This document shows positions 48,201 through 56,439 of a stretch of DNA of 64,000 bases, piece after piece (the first letter of the stretch is position 1; each line of letters opens with the position of its first letter). Source of the DNA: a virus; the IMG/VR virus record IMGVR_UViG_3300042890_003772, positions 307 to 64,306 of that record; one strand, 5' to 3'. The notes under the pieces are model-generated. The model was given only the letters and a program-made list of their open reading frames with translations, did no database searches and was not told the DNA's origin. A program made the position numbers and the translations under genes.

Positions 48201-49674
48201 AGTAGTATTAGGAAATAACGGTAAGATCGATGAGGCTTTATTGCCATCACTTGCCATATCTGATACATTTACGTTCTTTGACACTGGTGCTACTAAAGAC
48301 AGTATTACAATAGAAGGTAGCCCTGCGCTATATGCGCAACGTGGTGATATTGCTATCGTAGGCGGTATTGTAAATTCTACATACATATTAACAACCAACA
48401 CCCCTGGTAATATAACTGATTGGGTGCAGTTAAGAACTGGATCTGGCGTTACATCTGTTAACGGACAAACTGGTACAGTTGTGTTGGATTACAATGCAAT
48501 TGATAGTGTATCTAGTAGCTTCGTAACACCTGGATCATATAGCAGCGTAACAGTTAACGCACATGGTCGAATTACTGGTGTAAACGGTACACGTTATGCA
48601 GCACTTAATAGTTCTAACGTAATTAGTGGATCTGCAGTACCCGCATTTACTGGTGGTGATGTAATATCGGAAGGTGGAACATTAGTATTATCTTTAGCGG
48701 ATAGTGGTGTTACAGCTGGTACCTACAATATGGTTACAGTTGATGCTAAAGGTCGTATTACTGAGGGTACACTAACTACCGTATTAGATGACACCGGAGT
48801 AACCCCAGGTACATATAAATCAGTAACGGTAGATATTAAAGGTCGAGTAACTGGTGCAACTAACCCAACCACATTAGCTGGCTATGGGATTACCGATGGG
48901 TTTACACCTAATGATGCAACGTGGGACATGTTCTCAACGACAGGTGAAGCTACCACAGTTCCCGGTGGAGAGCCCGTAATTATAGGGGGTGTAAGTAGTG
49001 TTAATGGTAAGATCGGTACAGTTGCATTAGTAAAAGGTGATCTAGGGTTAGGAAATGTAAATAATACTACCGACGCAGCTAAACCAATATCTACCGCAAC
49101 ACAAGCAGCATTAGATACCAAACAAGCGGTGCTAGTAAGTGGTACTAATATTAAAACCATTAACGGTGTATCGATTATTGGAAGTGGTGATGTTACTATT
49201 AGTGGTAGCGGTGAAGTTGGAACTACTACGGGGACTGGAACAACCACCGTATTAAGTATATCACCTGTATTAGTAACACCAGATATTGGAACTCCATCAG
49301 CTGGGAACTTAACAAATTGTACAGTTGATGGTACTAACGGTGTTGGATTTATAAATGTACCACAGCTTAGCAAATCTGTGTCATACACATGCGTATTGTC
49401 AGATGCGGGCAAACACATTTATCACCCAACAAGTGATTTAAATACGCGTACATATACTATTCCATCAAATATGTTAGTACCGTATCCAATTGGTACTGCA
49501 ATACAATTTGTTAATATGTCACCAAACGCAATCAACATCGCAATCGATACTGATACGATGTATCTATCAGGACCTGGAACAACTGGTACACGTATCTTAG
49601 CATTATATGGTACAGCTACTGCACTAAAAGTAACTGATACAACTTGGATTATTTCAGGCACAGGATTAACCTGA
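39289..49674 (+). CDS. Giant tail fibre protein (3461 aa), proximal long-tail-fibre-like, with hierarchical internal repeats
   Basis: About 17 copies of Y-x-x-V-T-V-D-x-x-G-R-V, 7-8 copies of a 90-aa GTGTKITYDxKGLV unit, and 5 super-repeats of about 0.9 kb. The C-terminal 120 aa is shared with the next fibre gene. Confidence 0.7.
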   Translation: MLADGLQFLEGSVNTNLVLPALSESGRNALVNVNVGEVVFQTTGQKGIYVYNGTSWQYGLSIALDSTNPTTLFGYGITDAVRANAAITAGTGTKITYDNKGLVTGSTTLDISDIPNLPTSKLTGQITIGQLPDLGSTASTYVKVYVDATGRVVGGETTATLATLGITDAIQANTAITAGTGTKITYDSKGLVISSDVLTALDIPDIETSKLLGRITPEQLPLLGDSVAGYSSVSIDATGRVVGGSNPTTLGGYGIIDAVLANSQIVGSTGTKITYDYKGLVTSSTQLIASDIPSLDASKITTGRFSANFLPFIETLTPGTYTKVTVDSTGRVIACETPTTIDEYGITDAMRANPAITPGTGTKITYDAQGLITDAAVLAPTDIPSLPASKIVSGVLSSSLLPNSGVTAGDYYKVTADIHGRITAGASTLDISDITDLSTVLASKATPANITDAIDAVYGGVGVPGNTLKKIYDIAVASNHEITVADTNARIGTYVSSLPTNIFVVNDGDGEWALYKALATGLATNNNVIKLSDPSILNTANGYIPEDRTNKDTDPTLAANSDIKYPSQKAIKAYADTKVPKNALITAGTGAKLTYNQFGLVTGTGTLLASDIPNLDASKITSGILPTSVLPTSGANPSLSYVKVNVDTYGRVISGSTELAAGNIPSLDASKITSGKLLVSVMPNLGTPVSTYTKVRIDSTGRVVSGSNPTALADYGITDAVTANPTIAAGAGIKISYDSKGLVTGSTSLVANDIPNISAAKITSGVLNSSVLPTSGIAEGNYKSVTVDSHGRVISGTNTLTFDDVSGLTSAITNAASNASVSTAINTAISNLRADVPSQGSTLKGLYDMVLASNHELNAATVVARDALEIVSLPTNVFVLDDGDGQWALYKALYSDSQFNDYLITHPTAVASDRYVKVSDQTSLNASLGTSTEVKTNKSTNIELLDGLSASNVKYPTQLAVKTYVDNQIQTVATVVADSLTDIITTSALPEGADLALNKLVLDNDPRLSGNSAPMSHQHPISDIIDLATILDGKVNAISIPAGSGPYITYNNQGVVTASRQLTSLDLPLVPVNKIDGVLTSSQLPTNTVYTDVSGTIAVSKLPSTVLLSTNLPGDIVTTSTGGVIAQAKLPTTLVYVDGTGKIPESLIPASSQVSLIDTITVADLIELNANTTAVVGTIAIVVDTSETYVQTTNGWTKLNVPSGTVSSINGRSGVISKILPADIDGDFVNSINGRTGIIDKIHTSDLDGNFIESINGKSGVISKIEPADITGLFDDTLATVTLLAGVLPEFTGDVYSEIGTNVLTLNDVPGLDTEVFYSSIKVNSKGIVVEGSEVGNGGSIISFEQTDARYVLKSYLGLKDTAGGVAGLNSSGVLPLTVLPAFTGDLTSPAGSNVLTLKTIAGLNSTNTFSSVTVNRKGLVTGGSTQIVYNKAQADALFLSINDAGAKNTANGYVGLNADAVMYAAQLPGFVGDVTAPIGSRTLTLNTIPGVTPGASYSTVVVNSKGIVTSGTLASTAAGDIAATYVTKVSLGNRNAANGYLGLNSSAKIDSQYLPLLFLNNRFIVNTIAERNAITDAHMGDIAIVNGSVGKCYILNAATSANPDNWVELVTSNNVYQVNGKAGLVELVLSDINGTLDISKLPIRTAGDVITDPTTRELRLKDVGVNALASGATATYKSVTVNSKGLVTGGSNPTTLAGYGITDAISTRRLPLHDDGEAPFLTLGFEGTIDPTMVQSDIFTVDELPVDGVINKLYRIVGTNKSYVWDGTAFVQMTTTDASLLNVGTLPAARLPAFTGDATVPLGTSAITLANTGVTAGTYTQLTVDTKGRVISATQAPPPDAYTRSQADAKYVTQTSLGLRNTANGYVGLDSSNKIDSNLLPSISISDIFPVNTLAERDALTTTHIGDMAVVGGEVNVNYILSGVNPRVWTPMANPMGGVVAVNGSTGSITLTLDNISGSLQNSALPAFVGDITSVAGSNTLTIDKIRGITVDADFNATTLPTDGYSLTYMASSGKATWRPTGTDATNLITGILPVGRLPALTGDITTVVGHNVATVGKLNGITLDTGFTTVTPPTNGYVLTYASVGSKATWKALDASKVTVGTLPVARLPALTGTDVTADAGTGVLKLSTTGVAAGTYTSVTVNTKGRVTAGTVIPIVDAYSKLVSDNKYVAKSVLGNRNTANGYVGLNSDNKMNVVHLPAITMNIIFAVATLAQRDALTTQHIGDVAIVGGTVNRTYILSAVSPKVWIELLNPLGGVLSLNGATGVVNLTLDNIEGTLHSGALPAFTGDVTSMAGDNVLELAATGTAGTYYKVTTDVKGRVTSGATTLAVSDLPELPWSKVSVDMPTTLTGFGITDAINTSRLQAGDNGEDKLATVGSNGAIAPSLLPAFTGDDITSAVGSSVLALTETGVTAGTYTAVTVDVKGRVTSGSYAPPPDAYTKTETDGKYVLKTTLGTRNAANGWVGLDSNSKISASLLPSLAINSIYPVTTIIARDALTTTHLGDVAIVGGSVNVNYMLTSVTPTRVWTPISNPLGSVTSINGSTGVVTLDLSNITGTLRLDSLPTFTGDVSLLPETSILKVLSLNGIVLDTTHNEAVLPNNGNVLTYSSADSKAMWQSLSANHIATGTLSASVMPAFNGDAISTTGNANLTVVALNGIALDREFDPFSHPTNNHVLSYDTAGVKATWKALSASNILTGTLPAGRLPELIGDVTSNAGSNTLLLTDTGVVAGTYSSVTVDTKGRVVSGTAVPNTDAYSKIVSDNKYVAKVTLGGRNEINGFVGLNSERKIDAVYLPDITLNDIAVVSTIVERDALTTNHIGDIAIVGGSVNKTFILSSTSPRTWTELVNPLGGVTSLNGQTGNVNLTLSNINGILDTSALPMFTGDVTSLEGSNVLTLATTGAAGTYYKVTTDTKGRVTAGVAALVSSDIPPLSWSKVVYGRPTTLSGYGITNAITSDRLPVGDDGVSKIVVLGNNGKIDEALLPSLAISDTFTFFDTGATKDSITIEGSPALYAQRGDIAIVGGIVNSTYILTTNTPGNITDWVQLRTGSGVTSVNGQTGTVVLDYNAIDSVSSSFVTPGSYSSVTVNAHGRITGVNGTRYAALNSSNVISGSAVPAFTGGDVISEGGTLVLSLADSGVTAGTYNMVTVDAKGRITEGTLTTVLDDTGVTPGTYKSVTVDIKGRVTGATNPTTLAGYGITDGFTPNDATWDMFSTTGEATTVPGGEPVIIGGVSSVNGKIGTVALVKGDLGLGNVNNTTDAAKPISTATQAALDTKQAVLVSGTNIKTINGVSIIGSGDVTISGSGEVGTTTGTGTTTVLSISPVLVTPDIGTPSAGNLTNCTVDGTNGVGFINVPQLSKSVSYTCVLSDAGKHIYHPTSDLNTRTYTIPSNMLVPYPIGTAIQFVNMSPNAINIAIDTDTMYLSGPGTTGTRILALYGTATALKVTDTTWIISGTGLT

Positions 49675-49689
49675 TAAGTGATGGGCTCC

Positions 49690-49722
49690 ACAGCTATTAC
49701 TGTGGAGCCCCTTAATTATAGT
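49690..49722 (+). terminator. Stem-loop terminator after the giant fibre gene
   Basis: gggctccacag-ctatta-ctgtggagccc, with a weak T-tract after it. Confidence 0.5.
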
Positions 49723-49766
49723 GAGATCAGTTAACTAATCATTACATAAATATGGTGTTTGTAATT

Positions 49767-49774
49767 TATAAATA
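49767..49774 (+). promoter_or_regulatory. Late promoter TATAAATA
   Basis: Lies 59 nt upstream of ATG 49833. Confidence 0.45.
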
Positions 49775-49832
49775 AGCTTATGTGAATTAGTGCAGTCATT
49801 ACAATATTGATATTAAAGGGTTTAAATAGTTC

Positions 49833-50996
49833 ATGCCAACGATAACTAATAACACAACAGCCAATTACGCGATACCGCTACCAGCAAGCACCAATAGGAT
49901 TGTTGACGATATTCCTAGAATGATTAGTGCATTAACTACTATCGATACATTACTAGCTACTAAAGCTACAGTTGGTGATAATAACGTAGAGTTAGACGTT
50001 AACGGTCACTTATCAATGACTGTGATGCCGGGATTTACAGGAGATGTGGAAGCTGCACCTGGGACATCAATACTAACATTATCGGTAATATCAACACCTG
50101 GAACGTATAAATCTGTTACTGTGGACGCCACTGGTCGTGTGGTAAGCGGCACAAATCCAAACACGATAGATAGTTATGGTATCATAGACGCAGTCAAAAC
50201 AAATACACTGGGTGCTCATGGTGGTGTTGCAACATTAAATATGTATGGAGTATTAACTGCAGATCAATCACCTGCATACACCGGTGGGGAAGTTGTTTCA
50301 TCTGCAGGGTCACTTGAGTTATCGCTACTACCGAGTGGTGTATCAGTAGGTACTTATAATCAAGTAACAGTTGATGCTAAGGGCCGCGTTACAGCAGCTA
50401 CAAACACAGCAGGTCAAGCAAACGGTGTAGCTACATTAAATAGTGGAAGTTTATTATCGACTGCTCAAATGCCTGCGTTTACTGGAGATGTTACATCTAT
50501 CGCTGGTAGCTTAGCATTATCGTTAGCGGACAATGGTGTAGCTGCTGGTACGTATACAACAGTTACTGTTGATAGTAAGGGTCGTGTAACATCAGGTGCA
50601 AATACTGCATATATTCAATCAGGTGGAACTTTAACTAATTGTACAATTGATGGTACAAATCCCGTCGGATATTTAAATATTCCTCAAAATAAAAAAAATG
50701 AAGCATATGTATTAACATTGAGTGATGCAGGTAAACATATATTTCATGAATCAACGGATTTAACAGCTCGTACATATACAATACCAGCTAACAGCTCAGT
50801 ACCGTATCCAATCGGAACCGCATTAGGATTTATCAATATGTCACCAAATGTAGTTAATATTGTAATTAATACTGACACTATGTATCTTGCAGGATCAGGT
50901 TTAACTGGGCCTAGAGTGTTAGCTTTATACGGTACCGCTACTGCAATAAAGATGACAGACACTACGTGGATTATATCTGGTGTAGGGTTAACATAA
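49833..50996 (+). CDS. Tail fibre protein paralog A (387 aa)
   Basis: N-terminal anchor motif NYAIPLPASTNRIVDDIPRMISALTTID. VTVDxxGRV repeats. The C-terminal 120 aa is about 75% identical to the C-terminus of the giant fibre. Confidence 0.65.
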   Translation: MPTITNNTTANYAIPLPASTNRIVDDIPRMISALTTIDTLLATKATVGDNNVELDVNGHLSMTVMPGFTGDVEAAPGTSILTLSVISTPGTYKSVTVDATGRVVSGTNPNTIDSYGIIDAVKTNTLGAHGGVATLNMYGVLTADQSPAYTGGEVVSSAGSLELSLLPSGVSVGTYNQVTVDAKGRVTAATNTAGQANGVATLNSGSLLSTAQMPAFTGDVTSIAGSLALSLADNGVAAGTYTTVTVDSKGRVTSGANTAYIQSGGTLTNCTIDGTNPVGYLNIPQNKKNEAYVLTLSDAGKHIFHESTDLTARTYTIPANSSVPYPIGTALGFINMSPNVVNIVINTDTMYLAGSGLTGPRVLALYGTATAIKMTDTTWIISGVGLT

Positions 50997-51826
50997 TGAG
51001 TGGCTCATTTCAAATGGCAGTAAACAGCTTTACTGTTGCGACAAACGTGGGTCAAGCAATATATATAACTCCAGGTACATATCTGTGGACTGCACCATTA
51101 GGTGTAAGCAGCGTATCAGTAGTAGCCATTGGTGGAGGTGGAGCTGGTGGATACGGCAACTCGTATGGTGGCGGTGGAGCAGGTGGGAACTTACGGTACA
51201 CTAATAATATACCTGTAAGTCCTGGAACTAGCTACACTGTAGTAGTAGGTGCCGGTGGAACAACCACATTAACTAATGGTACTGCAGGTGGTAGTAGCTC
51301 ATTTGGCTTCAGTGTGGTCGCTGCAGGTGGTCGAGGTGGTGGTAGTATTGCAGGTACACCTGTAACTACTGGTAATATTGGTAGTGGTGGTAATGGTGGA
51401 ACCGGTGGTGTTGTAGATGGCGGTGGCGGTGGAGCAGGTGGTTACGCAGGAACTGGTGGTAATGGTGGAAGTAACGCTAGTGTGCAACCTACGGCTGGTA
51501 TAGGCGGCGGTGGGGGTGGCGGTGGATCTGGTAGTGGTGGAGCAGGTGGTGGTGGTGTAGGATTATACGGACAGAGTACAAATGGTGCAGCCGGTGTAAC
51601 TAAAGCCCTACTAATTGATGGTATAGTACAAGGTGGAGGTGGATCAGGTGGATCTGGTGGAGCAACTAAAACCTTTGGTATCGATCAAATAGGTGCAGTT
51701 GGTGGTTTACGAGGTGGTGGAGGTGGTGGTGGATATACAGGAGGTGCAGGTGGAGCTGGCGGTGTACGTATAGTGTGGCCCGGTACTACAAGACAATTCC
51801 CGTCAACATTTACGGTGGATGTTTAA
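50996..51826 (+). CDS. Glycine-rich protein, possibly a gp38-like adhesin
   Basis: TPGTYLWTAPLGVSSVSVVAIGGGGAGG followed by many poly-Gly motifs. Coupled by TAATG to the preceding fibre gene. Confidence 0.5.
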   Translation: MSGSFQMAVNSFTVATNVGQAIYITPGTYLWTAPLGVSSVSVVAIGGGGAGGYGNSYGGGGAGGNLRYTNNIPVSPGTSYTVVVGAGGTTTLTNGTAGGSSSFGFSVVAAGGRGGGSIAGTPVTTGNIGSGGNGGTGGVVDGGGGGAGGYAGTGGNGGSNASVQPTAGIGGGGGGGGSGSGGAGGGGVGLYGQSTNGAAGVTKALLIDGIVQGGGGSGGSGGATKTFGIDQIGAVGGLRGGGGGGGYTGGAGGAGGVRIVWPGTTRQFPSTFTVDV

Positions 51827-51924
51827 CATTATTATCAAGTTTTACACTATCATTCACGTAATTTAAATTAATAATTATACGATAAATAGTACACACAAGT
51901 AAGTTTAATAATACTAAGGTTATC

Positions 51925-53082
51925 ATGACGGTTACTGTAACAAATAATATTACACCTAATTATGCAATAGCATTACCATCCTTATCAAATAGGGTGGTTG
52001 ATGATGTTCCAAGATTAATTAGCGCTGTAAGCACTATTGATACAGTACTATCATTAAAATTAGATGCTAGCACAGTAGGTGCAATTAACGGAGTAGCATC
52101 ATTAGGTGATGATGGTAGACTATCCACCACTCAGCTCCCCGCGTTTATTGGCGATGTTACTTCTACAACAGGTTCAAATACCTTAAATCTATCCACAACC
52201 GGTGTAACTGCAGGTACATATAATTCAGTTACAGTAGACACAAAAGGTCGAGTAACAGCAGGATCCGTATCACCGGTGCTACCGGACCAATCAGGTCAAA
52301 CTGGTAAGTATTTAACCACAAACGGTGTAGACGCATCATGGAATAACGTTACAAGCGGTGTAATTCCAACTATCATACAGTATTCAAATTATACTGCAGC
52401 TGCAAATGATCTAGTTCGGTGTAACACTGCAACCGGTGCATTCAATATAATTTTTCCACTGAATCCAGTGGATGGTACAATAATTGGAGTTGTAGATGTA
52501 GGTAATACATTTGGTATTAATCATTTAACTATAGTACCGGTAGGAGGTACAATTGAAAATGATTCATCATATATATTAGATATTAATGGCACATATGCAT
52601 CATTTATATATAATACATATAATACTAATTGGCGTATATTAGAAACACCTATTGAGTTTAGCGTTAGTACAGTGCCAACTTGGAACCAAAACACTACAGG
52701 TACTGCTGCAGGGTTAAGTGTAACATTAGCAGTAGATAGTGGCGGTACAGGTGTAAAAACAATACCTACAGGTAGTGTGTTACTAGGAAATGGAGCATCC
52801 GCAGTTCAAACAGTAGCACCAGGTGCAAGTGGTAATGTATTAGTGAGTAACGGTGCAACTTGGACCAGTGGGGCAGCTCCATCATCTATACCTACACAGA
52901 CAGGTAATGATGGTAAATTTTTAACTACTGATGGTACGGTACCATCTTGGCAATCGGTGGCGGGTACACCAACATTGGCAACATTTTATTGGAATGCAGA
53001 CGAACTTATGGTAAATCATTTTGATCCATTATTAGTACCATCAATCGTAGATGGTGAATTTATTTTGGTGTATAACGGATGA
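51925..53082 (+). CDS. Tail fibre protein paralog B (385 aa)
   Basis: N-terminal NYAIALPSLSNRVVDDVPRLISAVSTID. GKYLTTNG..SW motifs and a C-proximal LVRCNT...DINGTYASFIY..NWRIL module. CGATAAATA at 51881. Confidence 0.6.
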   Translation: MTVTVTNNITPNYAIALPSLSNRVVDDVPRLISAVSTIDTVLSLKLDASTVGAINGVASLGDDGRLSTTQLPAFIGDVTSTTGSNTLNLSTTGVTAGTYNSVTVDTKGRVTAGSVSPVLPDQSGQTGKYLTTNGVDASWNNVTSGVIPTIIQYSNYTAAANDLVRCNTATGAFNIIFPLNPVDGTIIGVVDVGNTFGINHLTIVPVGGTIENDSSYILDINGTYASFIYNTYNTNWRILETPIEFSVSTVPTWNQNTTGTAAGLSVTLAVDSGGTGVKTIPTGSVLLGNGASAVQTVAPGASGNVLVSNGATWTSGAAPSSIPTQTGNDGKFLTTDGTVPSWQSVAGTPTLATFYWNADELMVNHFDPLLVPSIVDGEFILVYNG

Positions 53083-53579
53083 CAATAACAAATTTAGGGC
53101 GAATAGGTTTCGTAATACAAGGTACCTTTGTGCAAGGTACTACGTATAAACGATTAGATGTAGTTAGATACGGTAATGCTACATATACTTGCAATGTAAC
53201 TACAACTACACAAACACCTGGGGTTGGAACTGATTGGCAGCTGTACGCCTTAGATGGTGGTACAGGTGTAACACCGATAAGGATGAACTTTTACGGTAAT
53301 TTATTTGTACAAACTGGACAGGTGAGATGGTATCCTCAAAATTCTTGCAGTATAAACCAAGTATTCGCTACATTAGGTGTTTCAATTACAAGTAGCATAA
53401 TTGCAGTTATACGAAAGAATGAAACACAGATACTAACCGTGACAATTCCCGCCAATACTTATAAGTCAACTATTCAGACCGGGCTTACAATACCTATGAC
53501 TACTAGTGATTACTTAACAGTTGATATTACACAAGCTTCTGGCGGAAGCAATTTAACTATAACTATAGGATACACCTAA
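53079..53579 (+). CDS. Hypothetical fibre-associated protein
   Basis: 166 aa, coupled by ATGA. Confidence 0.45.
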   Translation: MTITNLGRIGFVIQGTFVQGTTYKRLDVVRYGNATYTCNVTTTTQTPGVGTDWQLYALDGGTGVTPIRMNFYGNLFVQTGQVRWYPQNSCSINQVFATLGVSITSSIIAVIRKNETQILTVTIPANTYKSTIQTGLTIPMTTSDYLTVDITQASGGSNLTITIGYT

Positions 53580-55597
53580 TGGCAATTACCCCTACCGCGC
53601 TTGGCACCAGGTCGATTCAAATAACCACATCTGGTACTAATAATACACAAGCTGATTTCTTTTTAAAAGTCAAAAATGCTATGATAGGTACCTCACCTGT
53701 TATGACAACAGGTTGGACGCTATTTGACGAATTTGCTACAGGTCATCAATATACTCAAGTTTTTAGAGCAATAAATGCTGACGCAGCCACCTATAAATTA
53801 ATTATATTACGGTATAATATACTAGCTAATGAAATTTATACGACTACTGCTGAATCGTGGAACGCCACTACCCATGTAGCTACAAATGAGGCGTATACAT
53901 ATTTTGAATGTGCACCAATAAGCTATATGCTTAATAATTGTGATCTTATTATTTTTATTTCACCAAGGTACTGTATTTTATTTTCTTATATTAATAATGA
54001 GCCTGGGCTTTGGGCGGGCGTTGTTGAAATGGCCCGTGAAGATTCTAATGATACTAGCGCCAACAATTATCCCTGCTGGGGGTGGACAAGTTCTACACTT
54101 CCGCTATTAGGGTGTGATGATGTAGCTCATAGACCTGGTGGTAGCAATGCTGATGATTTTTTAATTTCATTACCTAGAACAAGAACTGGACTCACAGGTG
54201 CTGCAGCTGCGAGAAACTTTAGTGCAGTATATGATGTAGTGGCGCATCCAACATTCCAAGCTACTACCAGTACATTTTTATACCACATTGGTAGCGTTAA
54301 TAATAAATTTGCTACAAATGCATGGAACTCTGCAGGTAAGCTTGCAATGCCAATAAGACCAATTTACAACTATGATCAAGTTACCATTTGTAACTATGGT
54401 ACTATATTTGGTCTCAAAATCTGCCCGACTATTGGCATTGCAATGAACAAGGTAGCCCTGACAATAGATGCCGATGGTAACTATTCGAGTGCAGGTACTT
54501 CGAATGATCATTGGGTTTTAAATCATAATTGGAAAGCTTCAACGAATGTAGCGTCATCCTGGTGGGGTAATACGAGTATTACTAAGACTGCAATAAATGT
54601 GGGAGGAGTGCAATCCAGAGCAATGGTGAGCACTGGCAGTGCTTATTATATAACATGTAGTGATAATACTTTGAGAAAAGTAGATATTGCAAGTCAAGTT
54701 GTAACTATTGTGGTCCCCGTAAACAGTATACAATATTATGGAGATCTTAGATTTGATAATGAACGATATATATACTTTGGTCATGGTTCAGGTGTCGGGC
54801 GGTTAGACACGTGGGACGATACGTATGTGTTAGTTACTTGGAACCAAAGCGCTGTTAATAGAATAGGGTTGTCTAGTACACACGTATGGATTTGCCCACA
54901 AAGCGCTAATGCGACTCAGAGTGTATCTAGATTTTTAAGATCAGCAACATTCGATAGTACTACTGTTAATGCAGGTAATGTTTCTGTAGTTATTGTAGAG
55001 AATGTACTTTATAGTGCAATTGAGTGTACTGTTGACGGTGATGCAATTCTAATTCAACAAACATCTAGTACGGCTGGTAGTGCTAGAACAGTTAAAATTA
55101 CAGCAGCAGGTGTAGTATCAGTGCTTAATCAATTTACTGCAAGTGTTGCATTTGGAGCATCCTCAATAATACCGCTTAGTGCTCAATGTTGGGTAATACA
55201 CATTCAAGTATCATCTAGTACTACACACGCCTTTACATTCAACCCTAGAACTATGACGCAAATAGGCACCACTTCTACGTCAAACATTTCACATGCAATA
55301 ACAAGTGGGCAGGGCAGAAATGGGTGGGCAAGAATTGGAGGAATGATAATCTCTATGGTAATGCCAACAGATGCTGGTTCTGCCGTGATTATGAGATTAG
55401 GAACTACAATGGTCACTAATGTTGTGACTCGTGGTACGTTAACCGCTACAACTGGACCCTCAACATATACGATGATGTGGTCAGATGGTACAAAAATAAT
55501 ATTAAGTTCTAGCTCAGGAATTATAATTTATTCTAATATTAACGGGCCGTATCCACAAACAGGTACGACTCTTGGTCAAGCTTTGATACCGTCATGA
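53579..55597 (+). CDS. Hypothetical large fibre or baseplate-associated protein (672 aa)
   Basis: Coupled by TAATG. No recognisable motifs. Confidence 0.45.
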   Translation: MAITPTALGTRSIQITTSGTNNTQADFFLKVKNAMIGTSPVMTTGWTLFDEFATGHQYTQVFRAINADAATYKLIILRYNILANEIYTTTAESWNATTHVATNEAYTYFECAPISYMLNNCDLIIFISPRYCILFSYINNEPGLWAGVVEMAREDSNDTSANNYPCWGWTSSTLPLLGCDDVAHRPGGSNADDFLISLPRTRTGLTGAAAARNFSAVYDVVAHPTFQATTSTFLYHIGSVNNKFATNAWNSAGKLAMPIRPIYNYDQVTICNYGTIFGLKICPTIGIAMNKVALTIDADGNYSSAGTSNDHWVLNHNWKASTNVASSWWGNTSITKTAINVGGVQSRAMVSTGSAYYITCSDNTLRKVDIASQVVTIVVPVNSIQYYGDLRFDNERYIYFGHGSGVGRLDTWDDTYVLVTWNQSAVNRIGLSSTHVWICPQSANATQSVSRFLRSATFDSTTVNAGNVSVVIVENVLYSAIECTVDGDAILIQQTSSTAGSARTVKITAAGVVSVLNQFTASVAFGASSIIPLSAQCWVIHIQVSSSTTHAFTFNPRTMTQIGTTSTSNISHAITSGQGRNGWARIGGMIISMVMPTDAGSAVIMRLGTTMVTNVVTRGTLTATTGPSTYTMMWSDGTKIILSSSSGIIIYSNINGPYPQTGTTLGQALIPS

Positions 55598-55782
55598 TAA
55601 CTATTACAAAATTAGCAACAGTAATGGTAGGTGCAAAAAGTATGAAACCTGCAATGTCAGGAAATACCAACAACACACCATTTAAGGTATTCACCATATT
55701 TAAAGCTGCATACAGTAATATTACAGGTAAAGGTGCAGGCACAAAAGCACCTGGCCAATTATTGCAGCGGTTTTGGAGTTAA
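55594..55782 (+). CDS. Small protein, paralog 1 with a duplicated N-terminus
   Basis: Shares an identical 61-nt, 20-aa start (MITITKLATVMVGAKSMKPA) with the next gene. Confidence 0.4.
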   Translation: MITITKLATVMVGAKSMKPAMSGNTNNTPFKVFTIFKAAYSNITGKGAGTKAPGQLLQRFWS

Positions 55783-55783
55783 T

Positions 55784-56179
55784 ATGATAACTATTACAAA
55801 ATTAGCAACAGTAATGGTAGGTGCAAAAAGTATGAAACCTGCAAATACCGGTACAAGTTTATTGAACGTATTTAAGCCGGTAACATACTTTAAAGGTATT
55901 GCTTCAATAGTAGGTAAATCAGCTACTGTTAGCAAAACACACTGTACAACTAGCAGCCTTAAGCTATTAGTTTTTAAGTCGCCAGTATATTTTAAAGCTA
56001 CAACTACACAATCAGGTAGTGGGGTGTTAATAATTAAATCTTTTGCGGTTGTATCTATACTGCGCTACATAGGATTTAAATCACCTGGGTATTTTATTGC
56101 TAGTTTTTCTAATATAGGTAATGCAAGCGGTAAACCTATCCCACAACTACCATCAACACAATCTTGGACGTCTTTATGA
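55784..56179 (+). CDS. Small protein, paralog 2 with a duplicated N-terminus
   Basis: GGAG precedes ATG 55784. The ORF track start at 55733 is rejected. Confidence 0.45.
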   Translation: MITITKLATVMVGAKSMKPANTGTSLLNVFKPVTYFKGIASIVGKSATVSKTHCTTSSLKLLVFKSPVYFKATTTQSGSGVLIIKSFAVVSILRYIGFKSPGYFIASFSNIGNASGKPIPQLPSTQSWTSL

Positions 56180-56427
56180 ATTTAAGAAATTATTTATCAT
56201 CAGCAACATTGTTTTACACTGATATTACAAGAGAACAGATTGATGAATTAGCAGTAACTCATTGGTTTACTATATTAGACGATATTATATATGTTGGTAC
56301 CAACGAACCAATCGAAGGGTTTACAGAATTATTTCCAGAGCCATTACCAGTTGACGAACCGGTAACTGAAGCTATAGTAGATCCAGTTGTTGAACCAGTA
56401 GTAGAACCTGCAGTAACTGTAAAATAA
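56176..56427 (+). CDS. Hypothetical protein with a PVxEP-repeat tail
   Basis: Coupled by ATGA. The C-terminus reads PVDEPVTEAIVDPVVEPVVEPAV. Confidence 0.4.
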   Translation: MNLRNYLSSATLFYTDITREQIDELAVTHWFTILDDIIYVGTNEPIEGFTELFPEPLPVDEPVTEAIVDPVVEPVVEPAVTVK

Positions 56428-56439
56428 GGTATATAGTTA

